Shown here: positions 20,153-28,312 of the stretch, in pieces
Numbering within the stretch: position 1 is the stretch's first letter
How the letters are laid out: the number at the start of each line of letters is the position of its first letter
Source of the DNA: Candidatus Zixiibacteriota bacterium
GTDB taxonomy: Bacteria; Zixibacteria; MSB-5A5; GN15; FEB-12
Assembly (NCBI GenBank): GCA_034003725.1
Contig: JAVEYB010000003.1
Span: 49,486 to 113,485 of the forward strand
Direction of reading: 5' to 3'
Length of the DNA: 64,000 nucleotides
Notes under the pieces: generated by a model
The model's input: only the letters and a program-made list of their open reading frames with translations
The model's database searches: none
What the model was told of the DNA's origin: nothing
Translations under genes and position numbers: made by a program

Positions 20153-20422
20153 ATGAAGAAACTGCTGATACTGCTGTTTTGTTCAGTGCTGGTGATCGCC
20201 GTGGTTGCCAGTTGCGGTCAGAAGAAGACCGAGGACGGCGACATGTCCGCCGGCGGTCACGCCGACGAGATGGCCGATACCACGCGGATGCACGAAGGTG
20301 TGGTTGACTCGCTGATCGGCGAAGGGGAAGCGCTGCTTGATTCCGCCGCCGCTGCGGGCGAGCAGATGATTGACTCCGCCGCTGCAGCGGGCAAGAAGAT
20401 GATCGAAGGCGCCGGACACTAA
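20153..20422 (+). CDS. Small lipoprotein of unknown function
   Basis: AAGGAG RBS. Lipobox 'VVASCG'. Internal repeat 'DSAAAAGEQMI / DSAAAAGKKMI'. Confidence 0.5.
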   Translation: MKKLLILLFCSVLVIAVVASCGQKKTEDGDMSAGGHADEMADTTRMHEGVVDSLIGEGEALLDSAAAAGEQMIDSAAAAGKKMIEGAGH

Positions 20423-20441
20423 GAGCGAACTACCGAAATTG

Positions 20442-20476
20442 AAAGGCCTCCCGTCATCAGGCGGGAGGCCTTTTTT
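20442..20476. terminator. Bidirectional hairpin terminator between convergent genes
   Basis: Stem ggcctcccg / cgggaggcc flanked by an A-run on the left and a T-run on the right ('gaaaggcctcccgtcatcaggcgggaggccttttttc'). Confidence 0.7.
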
Positions 20477-20492
20477 CATTTGATCGATCGAA

Positions 20493-21614
20493 TCAGCCTT
20501 CGATCATCTCCACGTTGGCGCGTGGTACGATTGCCCGGGAGCCGTCGGCAAACTCGACTTCGAGGATTCGCGCGCGTGATTCAGATTCAAGCGTCTGGAG
20601 CGGCGCCGGCAGATCGGTGACGAGGCCCAGTCGGCCGAAGTGGGGGTGGCGGATGACGCGGATGGGCGACCCTTTCTGCAGGCCGAGTACCTCGCCGCTC
20701 TGTTCCGCCTGCGCCACATGTTCGGTCTTGGTGGGGATGACCACTTCCGGGCGAATCACGCCCGCCCTGATCTGGGTGGCCCCGTTCATACAGGCCAACT
20801 CGCCCTCGTGACGTTTCAGAAGGGAAAAGGTCTTCTGGGCCATGTCGATTTTGCCGAATCCTTCGGTCACGACAAGCGTCACGCCGATCTCTTCGGAGCC
20901 GGTGATGGCGACCCCGATGTCGTAGCCGAGGAAGTCGCGAAGGTCTTTGTCGTCGAATCCGCCGGTGACGATTCCCTTGACGCCCGCCTTGATGGCCTTC
21001 TTCAGCGCGGCCGCGGTGACCTGGGAGCCGCCGACGATGATTTTGCCCTTCATGCTGTCGTTGATCATGTTTTCGTCGAGCACGGTCGAATTGTCCGGGG
21101 TGGCCATCATAATGGGGCCGAACGTCTCTCCACCGATGCCGAAAATGCCCTGAACGAAGGACCCGATACAGGTCACGACCACGCCCTCGTTGGGGATGAC
21201 TTCGGTCACTTCCCCTTTGACGTACGCCTTGACTTCGACCGGAGTCGGGTGCCCTCGCTGCAGCACCTGGCCGGTGACGCTTGAGACGGACTCGATAGAG
21301 CCGTCGATGGTCGCGGCACAGCGCGACTTGAATATCCACAAGGAGACCGACAGCGCGATCTCTTCGCCTTCCTTGATCGGATCGCCCGCCTTTTTGGTCA
21401 TCACCAGCTCGAGGTCTTCGGGCGGGACGCCGAGTTTGTTGGCGACGTTGATCGGGACCACCTGACCCGGCAGGTGCGTGCGCGCGACCACCGTCTGCGG
21501 CTCGACCTTGTCACCGACTTTGACGATTACATCACCCTTGAGCGGGAGAATGCGCTGCTTTTTGATGACGACTTGATCCGTTACTTTCAGACCGGGCGTA
21601 TACGCGTGACCCAT
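20493..21614 (-). CDS. Conserved hypothetical protein (373 aa), last gene of the GlmL-like operon
   Basis: Coding-like composition with no TM segments. N-terminal barrel-sandwich-like segment 'KGDVIVKVGDKVEPQTVVART', central 'IIVGGSQVTAAALKKAIKAGVKGIVTGG', SH3/KOW-like tail. I cannot assign a family name. Confidence 0.6.
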   Translation of the reverse strand: MGHAYTPGLKVTDQVVIKKQRILPLKGDVIVKVGDKVEPQTVVARTHLPGQVVPINVANKLGVPPEDLELVMTKKAGDPIKEGEEIALSVSLWIFKSRCAATIDGSIESVSSVTGQVLQRGHPTPVEVKAYVKGEVTEVIPNEGVVVTCIGSFVQGIFGIGGETFGPIMMATPDNSTVLDENMINDSMKGKIIVGGSQVTAAALKKAIKAGVKGIVTGGFDDKDLRDFLGYDIGVAITGSEEIGVTLVVTEGFGKIDMAQKTFSLLKRHEGELACMNGATQIRAGVIRPEVVIPTKTEHVAQAEQSGEVLGLQKGSPIRVIRHPHFGRLGLVTDLPAPLQTLESESRARILEVEFADGSRAIVPRANVEMIEG

Positions 21615-21639
21615 GGGGGGTACCCTTCCCTATATCGAA

Positions 21640-22434
21640 CTACTCTTTCTCGTGTTGGTTGCGTCGTTTGCGACGCGCTGCCAGCGCGATGATGATGATC
21701 ACCACCGCGGCTGTGGGTATCACCACCGTCGTTTTCGAGACCCCGGAGGCGCCGTCCCGCTTCTGCAGGTGCTCGGGGTCGGCCAGCTTGACACTTTCAC
21801 GCGGCATTCGCTGAGCCACGTCTTCGGTGGAAAACGACATGAGGATGTCATAGAACTGCGGACGGTATTCGTCAAAGGTCGAGTCGGGCGCAAAGAAGTA
21901 GAAATGTGCGGTCCCCTTTTCGTAGAACCGCAGGCAGTAGAGGTGCTTCTTGAATCCCTGCTGTTCATCGCCTACGTCGGTCAGACGGATGAACAACATC
22001 CGATCCCGGTCATAGGCCGGGCGATCGACCTCCAGCGCCGCGAAAGACTCCTGAATTGGTCTGTATTGGACTTCCTCGCCAAACAGGTCGGCCAGCTCGG
22101 CAACGACAGAATCGCGCGCCCGCCGATCCATTTCGCCGCTCGTGTCCACGGTGACGATGAGGTACTCATAGTCGTGGAACGGTGCGAGCTTGCGGGCCGA
22201 AAACACGGCGTCGTAATCATAGGTGTCGGGGTCGGCCTGAAGTTGCTGCAGGTAGTAGTCTACCGTCTGGTAGTCGACCTGCCACCACTGATCCGGGTAC
22301 TCGATGTAGAACCCACCGTTCAGCGAGACGAACACTTTGGCGAGTGCGCCGGTCGAGAGTACGATGACAGCGAGCAAACCGACCACAACAGCAAGCCGGC
22401 TTGTTTTCCGTAGGGGGGAACTCTGCGTGCTCAT
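21640..22434 (-). CDS. Membrane-anchored hypothetical protein (N- and C-terminal TM helices, acidic/aromatic central domain)
   Basis: TM 'LAVVVGLLAVIVLSTGALA' and TM 'VVIPTAAVVIIIIALAA' followed by 'RRKRRNQHEKE'. Its start overlaps the upstream gene's stop by 4 nt (ATGA). Confidence 0.55.
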   Translation of the reverse strand: MSTQSSPLRKTSRLAVVVGLLAVIVLSTGALAKVFVSLNGGFYIEYPDQWWQVDYQTVDYYLQQLQADPDTYDYDAVFSARKLAPFHDYEYLIVTVDTSGEMDRRARDSVVAELADLFGEEVQYRPIQESFAALEVDRPAYDRDRMLFIRLTDVGDEQQGFKKHLYCLRFYEKGTAHFYFFAPDSTFDEYRPQFYDILMSFSTEDVAQRMPRESVKLADPEHLQKRDGASGVSKTTVVIPTAAVVIIIIALAARRKRRNQHEKE

Positions 22435-24290
22435 TTTACGTGCTTCAGAGCTCCTTCGGGGTAAATATTCAGTTCGGTGGCCCAGGAGACGAGATGCGAC
22501 ACGCGCTCGTGTTCGCTCAGCGACGACAGGTCAAACGGTCGTCCGCGCCCGTCGAGAATGATACCGACCACGCCACCATGAATTTCGCGCTCAACGGTTT
22601 TGCCGGGTCCGGCGCCGACATCGAAGTTTCGTTCCGGTTCAAACCGCGCCTTCGCCCTCAGCGGCAGGCTGTCCGGTCCCATCCCGAGTTCAAACCGCTT
22701 CATTTCCAGGAAGTTGAGCGTGCCGCTCACCTGGCCGGAGGGGAGGTCAATCGAGTACTTCATGACCGGTCCGCCCTTTTTGGACACCCCGGCGGGGGCG
22801 ATGCAGGTGCCGAGGTGAATCAGGCAGTCTTTCTCGAACACTTCAGTCGCGGCTTTCGGCTGAACCTCGGTGAGTACGCCGAGCTGCGGCATCATGAAGA
22901 TTGAATCCACGGCGAGCCGGGTGATCCCCTCGGGTAAGAAGGAATCGATCATCATGAGCGCCGACTGCTGGCGGCGCGGCGCGTGTGAGAGCACTCCGCC
23001 GGAGCCGATCAGCATGTCGAGCGTCATCATATTGACGATCGTTTTTCCGGAGGAGCTCTGGTCGAACGCGTCGGCGATCGTCCGTTGCTGCTGGACGCCT
23101 TTCAGCACGGTGGCGAAGTTCTTATGCTGGACGAAGGCCAGGCGCAGCGCCTCGCGCGCAATGGCCTGCTCGAAAATCAACTCTTCCATCGACTGCGGAA
23201 TGGTCGTCGGGCGAATCATTTTGTTTTTCACGCGGTTGCGCAGGTCGCGCTCATCCATGATAAACGGAACCCATCGCATGACCATCGGCAGCGTCGCCTC
23301 GGCAAACACATTCGAGATCGAATAGGACATGCCGAGGTTCGCCGATACCGTGCGGTTGAAGACCGGCTGGTCGTCGGGACGGAAAACCGAGAACACGTCG
23401 GTTGTCGCACCGCCGATATCGACCCCGACCGCTTCGATGTTATATTGTCTGGCGATAGTCTGGATGATCAGGCCGACCGCGCCCGGAGTCGGCATGATCG
23501 GGGCGTCGGTCCACGACATCAGCTTTTTGTATCCGGGCGCCTGCGCCATCACGTGCTCCATAAACAGCTCGTGAATCTCTTCGCGGGCAGGTCCGAGGTT
23601 TTCACGCTCGAGGACGGGGCGGAGGTTGTCGACCGACCGGAGGTCCACTTTATCAGCCAGCACTTTTTCGACATCTTTGGTGGCGTCCCGGTTACCCGCA
23701 TAAATGATCGGGAGCTTGTAGGATGATCCCAGGCGGGGGCGCGGGTCGGCCGCCGACACGAGCTCGGCGAGTTCAACGACGTGAGTGGTCGTTCCGCCGT
23801 CGATACCGCCGGACAGAAGGATCATGTCGGGGCGCAAGTGCCGGATACGTTCTATTTGCTGATGCGGCAGGCGCTTGTCGTTGGACGCGATCACGTCCAT
23901 GACAATCGCCCCGGCCCCCAGCGCGGCGCGTTCAGCGGATTCGGCCGTCATCGACCGCACCACTCCCGCCACCATCATCTGAAGACCGCCGCCGGCCGAC
24001 GACGTCGAGATATACACGTCGGTGCCGACATCACCTCTCGACGGTGTGATGAACTTACCGTTTTCGTCGAGAATTTTGCGTCCGGAGAGCTCCTCGAGTT
24101 CGCCGACCGCGTTGAGCACGCCCATGGTAACGTCTTCGAATGGCGCCTCAACAGTCGTCGGCGCTTCGCCACGGGTGGTCTGGCGATACTCGCCGTTGAT
24201 ATACTCAATGAGAATGGCTTTGGTGGTGGTGGATCCGCAGTCGGTTGCAACGATGATCTTAATGTCGTCCGGATTATCGAATTTAGCCAT
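22431..24290 (-). CDS. GlmL/MutL-family protein (glutamate-mutase-L-like, actin/ASKHA-fold ATPase), long 619-aa form
   Basis: 'IIVATDCGSTTTKAILI', 'ISTSSAGGGLQMMVAGV..TAESAERAALGAGAIV', 'MILLSGGIDGG' and 'AVGVDIGGATTDVFSV' are the phosphate-1/2 and adenosine motifs of the GlmL (MutL) family. Confidence 0.7.
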   Translation of the reverse strand: MAKFDNPDDIKIIVATDCGSTTTKAILIEYINGEYRQTTRGEAPTTVEAPFEDVTMGVLNAVGELEELSGRKILDENGKFITPSRGDVGTDVYISTSSAGGGLQMMVAGVVRSMTAESAERAALGAGAIVMDVIASNDKRLPHQQIERIRHLRPDMILLSGGIDGGTTTHVVELAELVSAADPRPRLGSSYKLPIIYAGNRDATKDVEKVLADKVDLRSVDNLRPVLERENLGPAREEIHELFMEHVMAQAPGYKKLMSWTDAPIMPTPGAVGLIIQTIARQYNIEAVGVDIGGATTDVFSVFRPDDQPVFNRTVSANLGMSYSISNVFAEATLPMVMRWVPFIMDERDLRNRVKNKMIRPTTIPQSMEELIFEQAIAREALRLAFVQHKNFATVLKGVQQQRTIADAFDQSSSGKTIVNMMTLDMLIGSGGVLSHAPRRQQSALMMIDSFLPEGITRLAVDSIFMMPQLGVLTEVQPKAATEVFEKDCLIHLGTCIAPAGVSKKGGPVMKYSIDLPSGQVSGTLNFLEMKRFELGMGPDSLPLRAKARFEPERNFDVGAGPGKTVEREIHGGVVGIILDGRGRPFDLSSLSEHERVSHLVSWATELNIYPEGALKHVK

Positions 24291-24542
24291 CTGAAAACCG
24301 CTATGTGAGAAAGTGTATTGTTCTTCTATCTTATTGTCTCTCTTCGAGGTATAGGCGGTTGTTGCCGCGTTACCCCGACTGAATCAGACAACGAGTATAA
24401 CATACCCTGCAAAGTTTGTAAAGCGCCATTTTACCTCGGAGGCCCGCTTCAGTCGGAAGAGCCGGAGGCCCGGAGTCATGGCGAAACGGACCCGCAAGCT
24501 GTTGTGTGGCAGGAAGATGGCGGCGACAGCCGATTTTTTCGC

Positions 24543-24572
24543 TTGACTTGGTGGTGGAGCGCTTCTTAATTA
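24543..24572 (+). promoter_or_regulatory. Candidate sigma70-type promoter for the 12-gene cassette operon
   Basis: TTGACT (24543-24548), a 17-nt spacer, then TTAATT (or an 18-nt spacer and TAATTA). This would leave a leader of about 150 nt before the TTG start at 24730. Confidence 0.3.
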
Positions 24573-24729
24573 CCACCTTTCGCTGGGAACGGTAGTGCAA
24601 TTCCCCGCTGGTGAGGCTGACGGGACCGGGGCACTTCGGTTAATCACTGTTTGATAAACGGTCCGGATCAGCCGTCTCTCCAGAAAGTGCCGGCACGTGC
24701 GGACTGATATTCGGTAAGGGAGCCTGAGC

Positions 24730-25986
24730 TTGACATTGCCACCTACGAGGTCCACCTCCCGCGCGATTGTTTCGCTTCTACTGGCGATTGTACTCGCCTG
24801 GGCCCCGCCATTGGCCGCTCAGGATCAACCCGGCGTTCCTTCCGACACTATTCTTTCAGACACTACTCTGCAGATTCTTCTGCCGCGTCCCGTGCCCGCG
24901 GTGACCGTCAAGGATACGCAAGACGACGGCGGCGGCTCGATCACGGTAACCTGGGAGGCATCGGCCGATGACGGCGATGGCGGGATCATTAACCGGTATG
25001 TGATCTACCGGGCGACATCGGCGGAAGGCCCTTTTGAAGAAGTGGGCGATGCCACCAACAACGCCACGACCTTTTCCGACGGGAGTGCGGAAGACGACGT
25101 GGCGTATTTTTATCGGGTAGTTCCGATGACGCTGGCGCTGGCCGGCCAGCCGGTGCCCCCGGCGCTGGTCGAGGGCGCGATGGTTGCCGGTCCGGTGAGT
25201 TCGTCGGCCCAGTGGCTTGACTGGCGGCGGATCAACGTACTGGTTGGCGTGCTGCTGCTGTGCGTTTTCATTATCTACTACATCAATCAGGCGAAAGCCG
25301 GCAAGTCGTTGTTTATCCGCAAGATTGCCGGACTGGAAGCGGTGGACGAAGCGGTCGGGCGCGCCACCGAGATGGGCAAAAAGATTTACTATATCCCCGG
25401 CACGCAGGACATGGACAATGTCCAGACGATTGCGGGCGTCACCATTCTGGGCCGGGTCGCGGAGCTTGCCGCTCAATACGAAACATATCTGCAGGTGCCG
25501 GTTTCGCGTTCGCTGGTGCTGGTCACCGCTCGCGAAATCGTCAAGGAAGCCTACTCGAAGGCGGGGCGCCCGGATGCCTTTCAGGAGGATCAGGTTCATT
25601 ACCTGACCGACGATCAGTTCGGTTATGCCGCCGGTATCGACGGGATGGTGGTGCGGGAGAAGCCCGCCACGATTTTCTTCATGGGAGCTTTTTACGCCGA
25701 GTCGCTGATTCTCGCGGAGACGGGCAATTCGATCGGGGCGATTCAGATTGCGGGCACCGGGATGCCGTCCCAGTTGCCCTTTTTCGTCGCGGCGTGCGAC
25801 TACACGCTGATCGGCGAGGAGTTGTTTGCGGCCTCGGCGTATTTGTCGCGCGAGCCCAAGCTGCTTGGATCGCTGAAAGGGCAGGATATGGGCAAGGCGG
25901 TCATACTTATCGCGATAGTCGTCGGGCTCGTTCTCGAGACCTTCGGTATATGGAGCTTCTCCAGGCTTTTTTCGGTGATACAGTAG
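24730..25986 (+). CDS. Cassette subunit A1: signal peptide + FN3-like periplasmic head + TM + conserved ~195-aa core + C-terminal TM; uncharacterised family
   Basis: TTG start 7 nt after AAGGGAG. Leader 'AIVSLLLAIVLAWAPPLAAQD'. FN3-like pattern 'SITVTWEAS..INRYVIYRATS..YFYRVVPM'. TM 'INVLVGVLLLCVFIIYYI' followed by 'KAGKSLFIRK'. Core motifs 'GRATEMG', 'AESLILAETG' and 'LIGEELFAASAYL' are shared with A2 and A3. Confidence 0.8.
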   Translation: MTLPPTRSTSRAIVSLLLAIVLAWAPPLAAQDQPGVPSDTILSDTTLQILLPRPVPAVTVKDTQDDGGGSITVTWEASADDGDGGIINRYVIYRATSAEGPFEEVGDATNNATTFSDGSAEDDVAYFYRVVPMTLALAGQPVPPALVEGAMVAGPVSSSAQWLDWRRINVLVGVLLLCVFIIYYINQAKAGKSLFIRKIAGLEAVDEAVGRATEMGKKIYYIPGTQDMDNVQTIAGVTILGRVAELAAQYETYLQVPVSRSLVLVTAREIVKEAYSKAGRPDAFQEDQVHYLTDDQFGYAAGIDGMVVREKPATIFFMGAFYAESLILAETGNSIGAIQIAGTGMPSQLPFFVAACDYTLIGEELFAASAYLSREPKLLGSLKGQDMGKAVILIAIVVGLVLETFGIWSFSRLFSVIQ

Positions 25987-25987
25987 C

Positions 25988-26635
25988 ATGCGTAGAGAAA
26001 TTCCTCTGATCATAACGGGCATCGTGGGCATCGTGTTCGTCGTCCAGTACTTCATTCCGCACTGGCCGTTCAACCGCATGAATGCCTGGTTTTCGGACTG
26101 GTTCTCTATCGTGCAGGCGTGCGCAATCTGGCTGGGCGCGCTGAACCTGCTGAAGATTTCGCTGGAGAAAATCGCGCGGCGCAAGTCAGACTGGGGCTAC
26201 GCGGTCGTGATCATCGTGAGCTTTTTGCTGATCGCGATTATCGGGTTCCTCGAAGGCGAGGCGTTCCGTGACCCCGGCACCAAGTTTACGTGGCTGTACG
26301 ATTTCGTGTACACGCCGCTGTCGTCGACCATGTTTGCAATCCTGGCGTTTTTTGTCGCGTCGGCGTCCTACCGCGCCTTCCGGGCGCGCAATTTTGAGGC
26401 GACCCTGTTGCTGCTGGCGGCCTTTTTCGTGATGCTCGGGCGGGTGCCGGTCGGCGACGCGCTGACGGCGTTTATGCCCGAGGGATGGCGATTGACCGAC
26501 CTGGCCACCTGGATCATGAACTTCCCGCAGACGGCCGGACAGCGCGCCATCATGATCGGTATTGCGCTGGGCATCGTGTCGACTTCGCTGCGGATTATTC
26601 TCGGGATCGAGCGGTCTCACCTCGGAGGCGATTGA
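25988..26635 (+). CDS. Cassette subunit B1: ~6-TM integral membrane protein; uncharacterised family
   Basis: ATG 1 nt after the A1 stop. 'MRREIPLIITGIV', 'LAFFVASASYRAFRARN' and 'AGQRAIMIGIALGIVSTSLRIILGIER' are shared with B2 and B3. Confidence 0.8.
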   Translation: MRREIPLIITGIVGIVFVVQYFIPHWPFNRMNAWFSDWFSIVQACAIWLGALNLLKISLEKIARRKSDWGYAVVIIVSFLLIAIIGFLEGEAFRDPGTKFTWLYDFVYTPLSSTMFAILAFFVASASYRAFRARNFEATLLLLAAFFVMLGRVPVGDALTAFMPEGWRLTDLATWIMNFPQTAGQRAIMIGIALGIVSTSLRIILGIERSHLGGD

Positions 26636-26636
26636 C

Positions 26637-27647
26637 ATGAGCACTCGCGTGAAAGAAATCCTTGTCGTCGTCCTGGTGTTGCTCTTCAGCGCCGTGATCT
26701 ATGCCGGCAAAGTCTCCGGCTGGATGACGGGGGTCAGCTTCTCGCCGGCGGTGTCTGTATTAGTGATCGTCGCACTGGCGGCGTCGCTGATCGTGATCCT
26801 GGTGATGACTATCAAGGGCCGGCTGGTGGGCCGGCGCACGGTCTTTTTGTATGTCGGCTTCGCCGTGGCGCTGCCGTTGTTCATGTCCATCAGCCAGTAC
26901 ATACCGACATCGCCCGAGGTTCGTTCGCTTTACGAAGGGCTGGAGTCGCTTCCCGACGGTTCCAAAGTGCTGGTTTCATTCGACTACGATCCGCCGTCCG
27001 CGCCCGAGTTGCAGCCGATGGCGGAGTCGTTTTTCCGGTACGCGTTCGATCGTAAGTTCAAAGTCATCATCATGGGGCTCTGGCCCCAGGGACCGCTGCA
27101 GGCCAACCAGGCAATCGAGCGCGTGATGCAAGACGAGAAGTACGCGTCGCTCGGCCTGCAATACGGTGTGGATTACTGCAACCTGGGTTTTCAAACCGGG
27201 AACGAATTCGTCATTCAACGCATGGGATCGGACTTCCGGTCCATGTTTCCGACCGACTACAGCGGGACGCATTACGAAGACCTGCCGATCGTGAGAAACG
27301 TCAAGAATTTCTCGAACGTCGATTACGTGTTCAATCTCTCGGCCGGTTACCCGGGGACGATCGAGTGGGTGCAGGTGGCGGTTGACCGCTACGGGGTCAA
27401 ACTCGGCGCAGGGAACACCGCGGTGCAGGCGCCCCAGTGTTATCCGTACCTGCGGTCGGGACAGTTAATCGGCATACTGGGCGGGATGAACGGCGCCGCC
27501 GAGTTCGAGAAGATGACCGGTCATGAGGCGAAGGGCACGAAGTTTATGCTGTCGCAGTCGTTTTCGCATATGATCGTGATCGCGTTTATCATCATCGGCA
27601 ACGTCGCGTTTTTCATGGGCGGCCGGAAGAGCAACCTGTCGGCATGA
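26637..27647 (+). CDS. Cassette subunit C1: membrane protein with N-terminal TM(s), ~250-aa predicted periplasmic domain and C-terminal TM; uncharacterised family
   Basis: ATG 1 nt after the B1 stop; the listed ORF was trimmed. 'SFDYDPPSAPELQPMAESF', 'YPYLRSGQLIGILGGMNGAAEFE' and the C-terminal TM 'HMIVIAFIIIGNVAFFMGGRK' are shared with C2 and C3. Confidence 0.8.
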   Translation: MSTRVKEILVVVLVLLFSAVIYAGKVSGWMTGVSFSPAVSVLVIVALAASLIVILVMTIKGRLVGRRTVFLYVGFAVALPLFMSISQYIPTSPEVRSLYEGLESLPDGSKVLVSFDYDPPSAPELQPMAESFFRYAFDRKFKVIIMGLWPQGPLQANQAIERVMQDEKYASLGLQYGVDYCNLGFQTGNEFVIQRMGSDFRSMFPTDYSGTHYEDLPIVRNVKNFSNVDYVFNLSAGYPGTIEWVQVAVDRYGVKLGAGNTAVQAPQCYPYLRSGQLIGILGGMNGAAEFEKMTGHEAKGTKFMLSQSFSHMIVIAFIIIGNVAFFMGGRKSNLSA

Positions 27648-27664
27648 CGGTGGAAGGTCAGTAG

Positions 27665-28312
27665 ATGTTCTGGGAACACTTTGCACTCTGGGTCGCCGCG
27701 TTTCTGACGCTCGGGATCTACTCGTTCCTGTACAAGGACAACCCGTGGTACAAGCTGTGCGAGTCGATCTTTGTCGGCATCTCGGCCGGCTACTGGTTTG
27801 TCACGCTGTTCTGGGATAACATCTACGGCAAGTTCTGGGTCGGCGTGTTCCCGACCGGAGACGCCCAGCCCGATTACTGGCTTTTGGTGGGCGCGGCGCT
27901 GGGGCTGTTGATGCTGTTGCGCCTGATTCCGAAGATCGGCTGGGTGTCGCGCTGGTCGCTGGCCTTTATCGTGGGTGCGACCGCCGGATTTTACCTGATC
28001 AATTATTTCTCCTCGAACGTCATGCGCCAGGTGCAGGACACCGTGATGCCGCTGTTCGGGCCGGGCTTCAATGCCTCCGCGTATGTCATCATCGGCAACA
28101 TCGTCGTGGCCGTGGGCACGTTTACCGGGTTGGTATATTTCTTCTTCTCGAAGGAGCACAAAGGGGCGTTCGGGGCATCGGCGAAGATCGGGATATTCTT
28201 TCTGATGGTCACCTTCGGCGCGTCGTTCGGCTACACGGTGATGAGCCGTATGTCCCTGTTGATCGGACGTATAGACTTTCTTCTGAGCGACTGGCTGGGG
28301 TTGATTCGCTAG
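27665..28312 (+). CDS. Cassette subunit D1: ~6-TM integral membrane protein; uncharacterised family
   Basis: 'FLTLGIYSFLYKDNPWYKLCESIFVGISAGYW', 'YFFFSKEHKGAFG' and 'FGASFGYTVMSRMSLLIGR' are shared with D2 and D3. Confidence 0.8.
   Translation: MFWEHFALWVAAFLTLGIYSFLYKDNPWYKLCESIFVGISAGYWFVTLFWDNIYGKFWVGVFPTGDAQPDYWLLVGAALGLLMLLRLIPKIGWVSRWSLAFIVGATAGFYLINYFSSNVMRQVQDTVMPLFGPGFNASAYVIIGNIVVAVGTFTGLVYFFFSKEHKGAFGASAKIGIFFLMVTFGASFGYTVMSRMSLLIGRIDFLLSDWLGLIR

Noticed and set aside
25357-25380. 'GRATEMGK' in subunit A looks like a P-loop (Walker A)
   Set aside because: The spacing is G-x5-GK, not G-x4-GK(S/T). The next residue is K or P. The Lys is Arg in A2, so it is not a conserved nucleotide-binding loop.
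24856-26184. 442-aa minus-strand ORF, with similar antisense ORFs at 27521..28159, 31225..31866, 32767..33885, 34373..35389 and 35456..36118 across the cassette
   Set aside because: All are Arg/His/Pro-rich antisense frames. The plus-strand frames are supported by three-way paralog conservation, RBSs and TM patterns.
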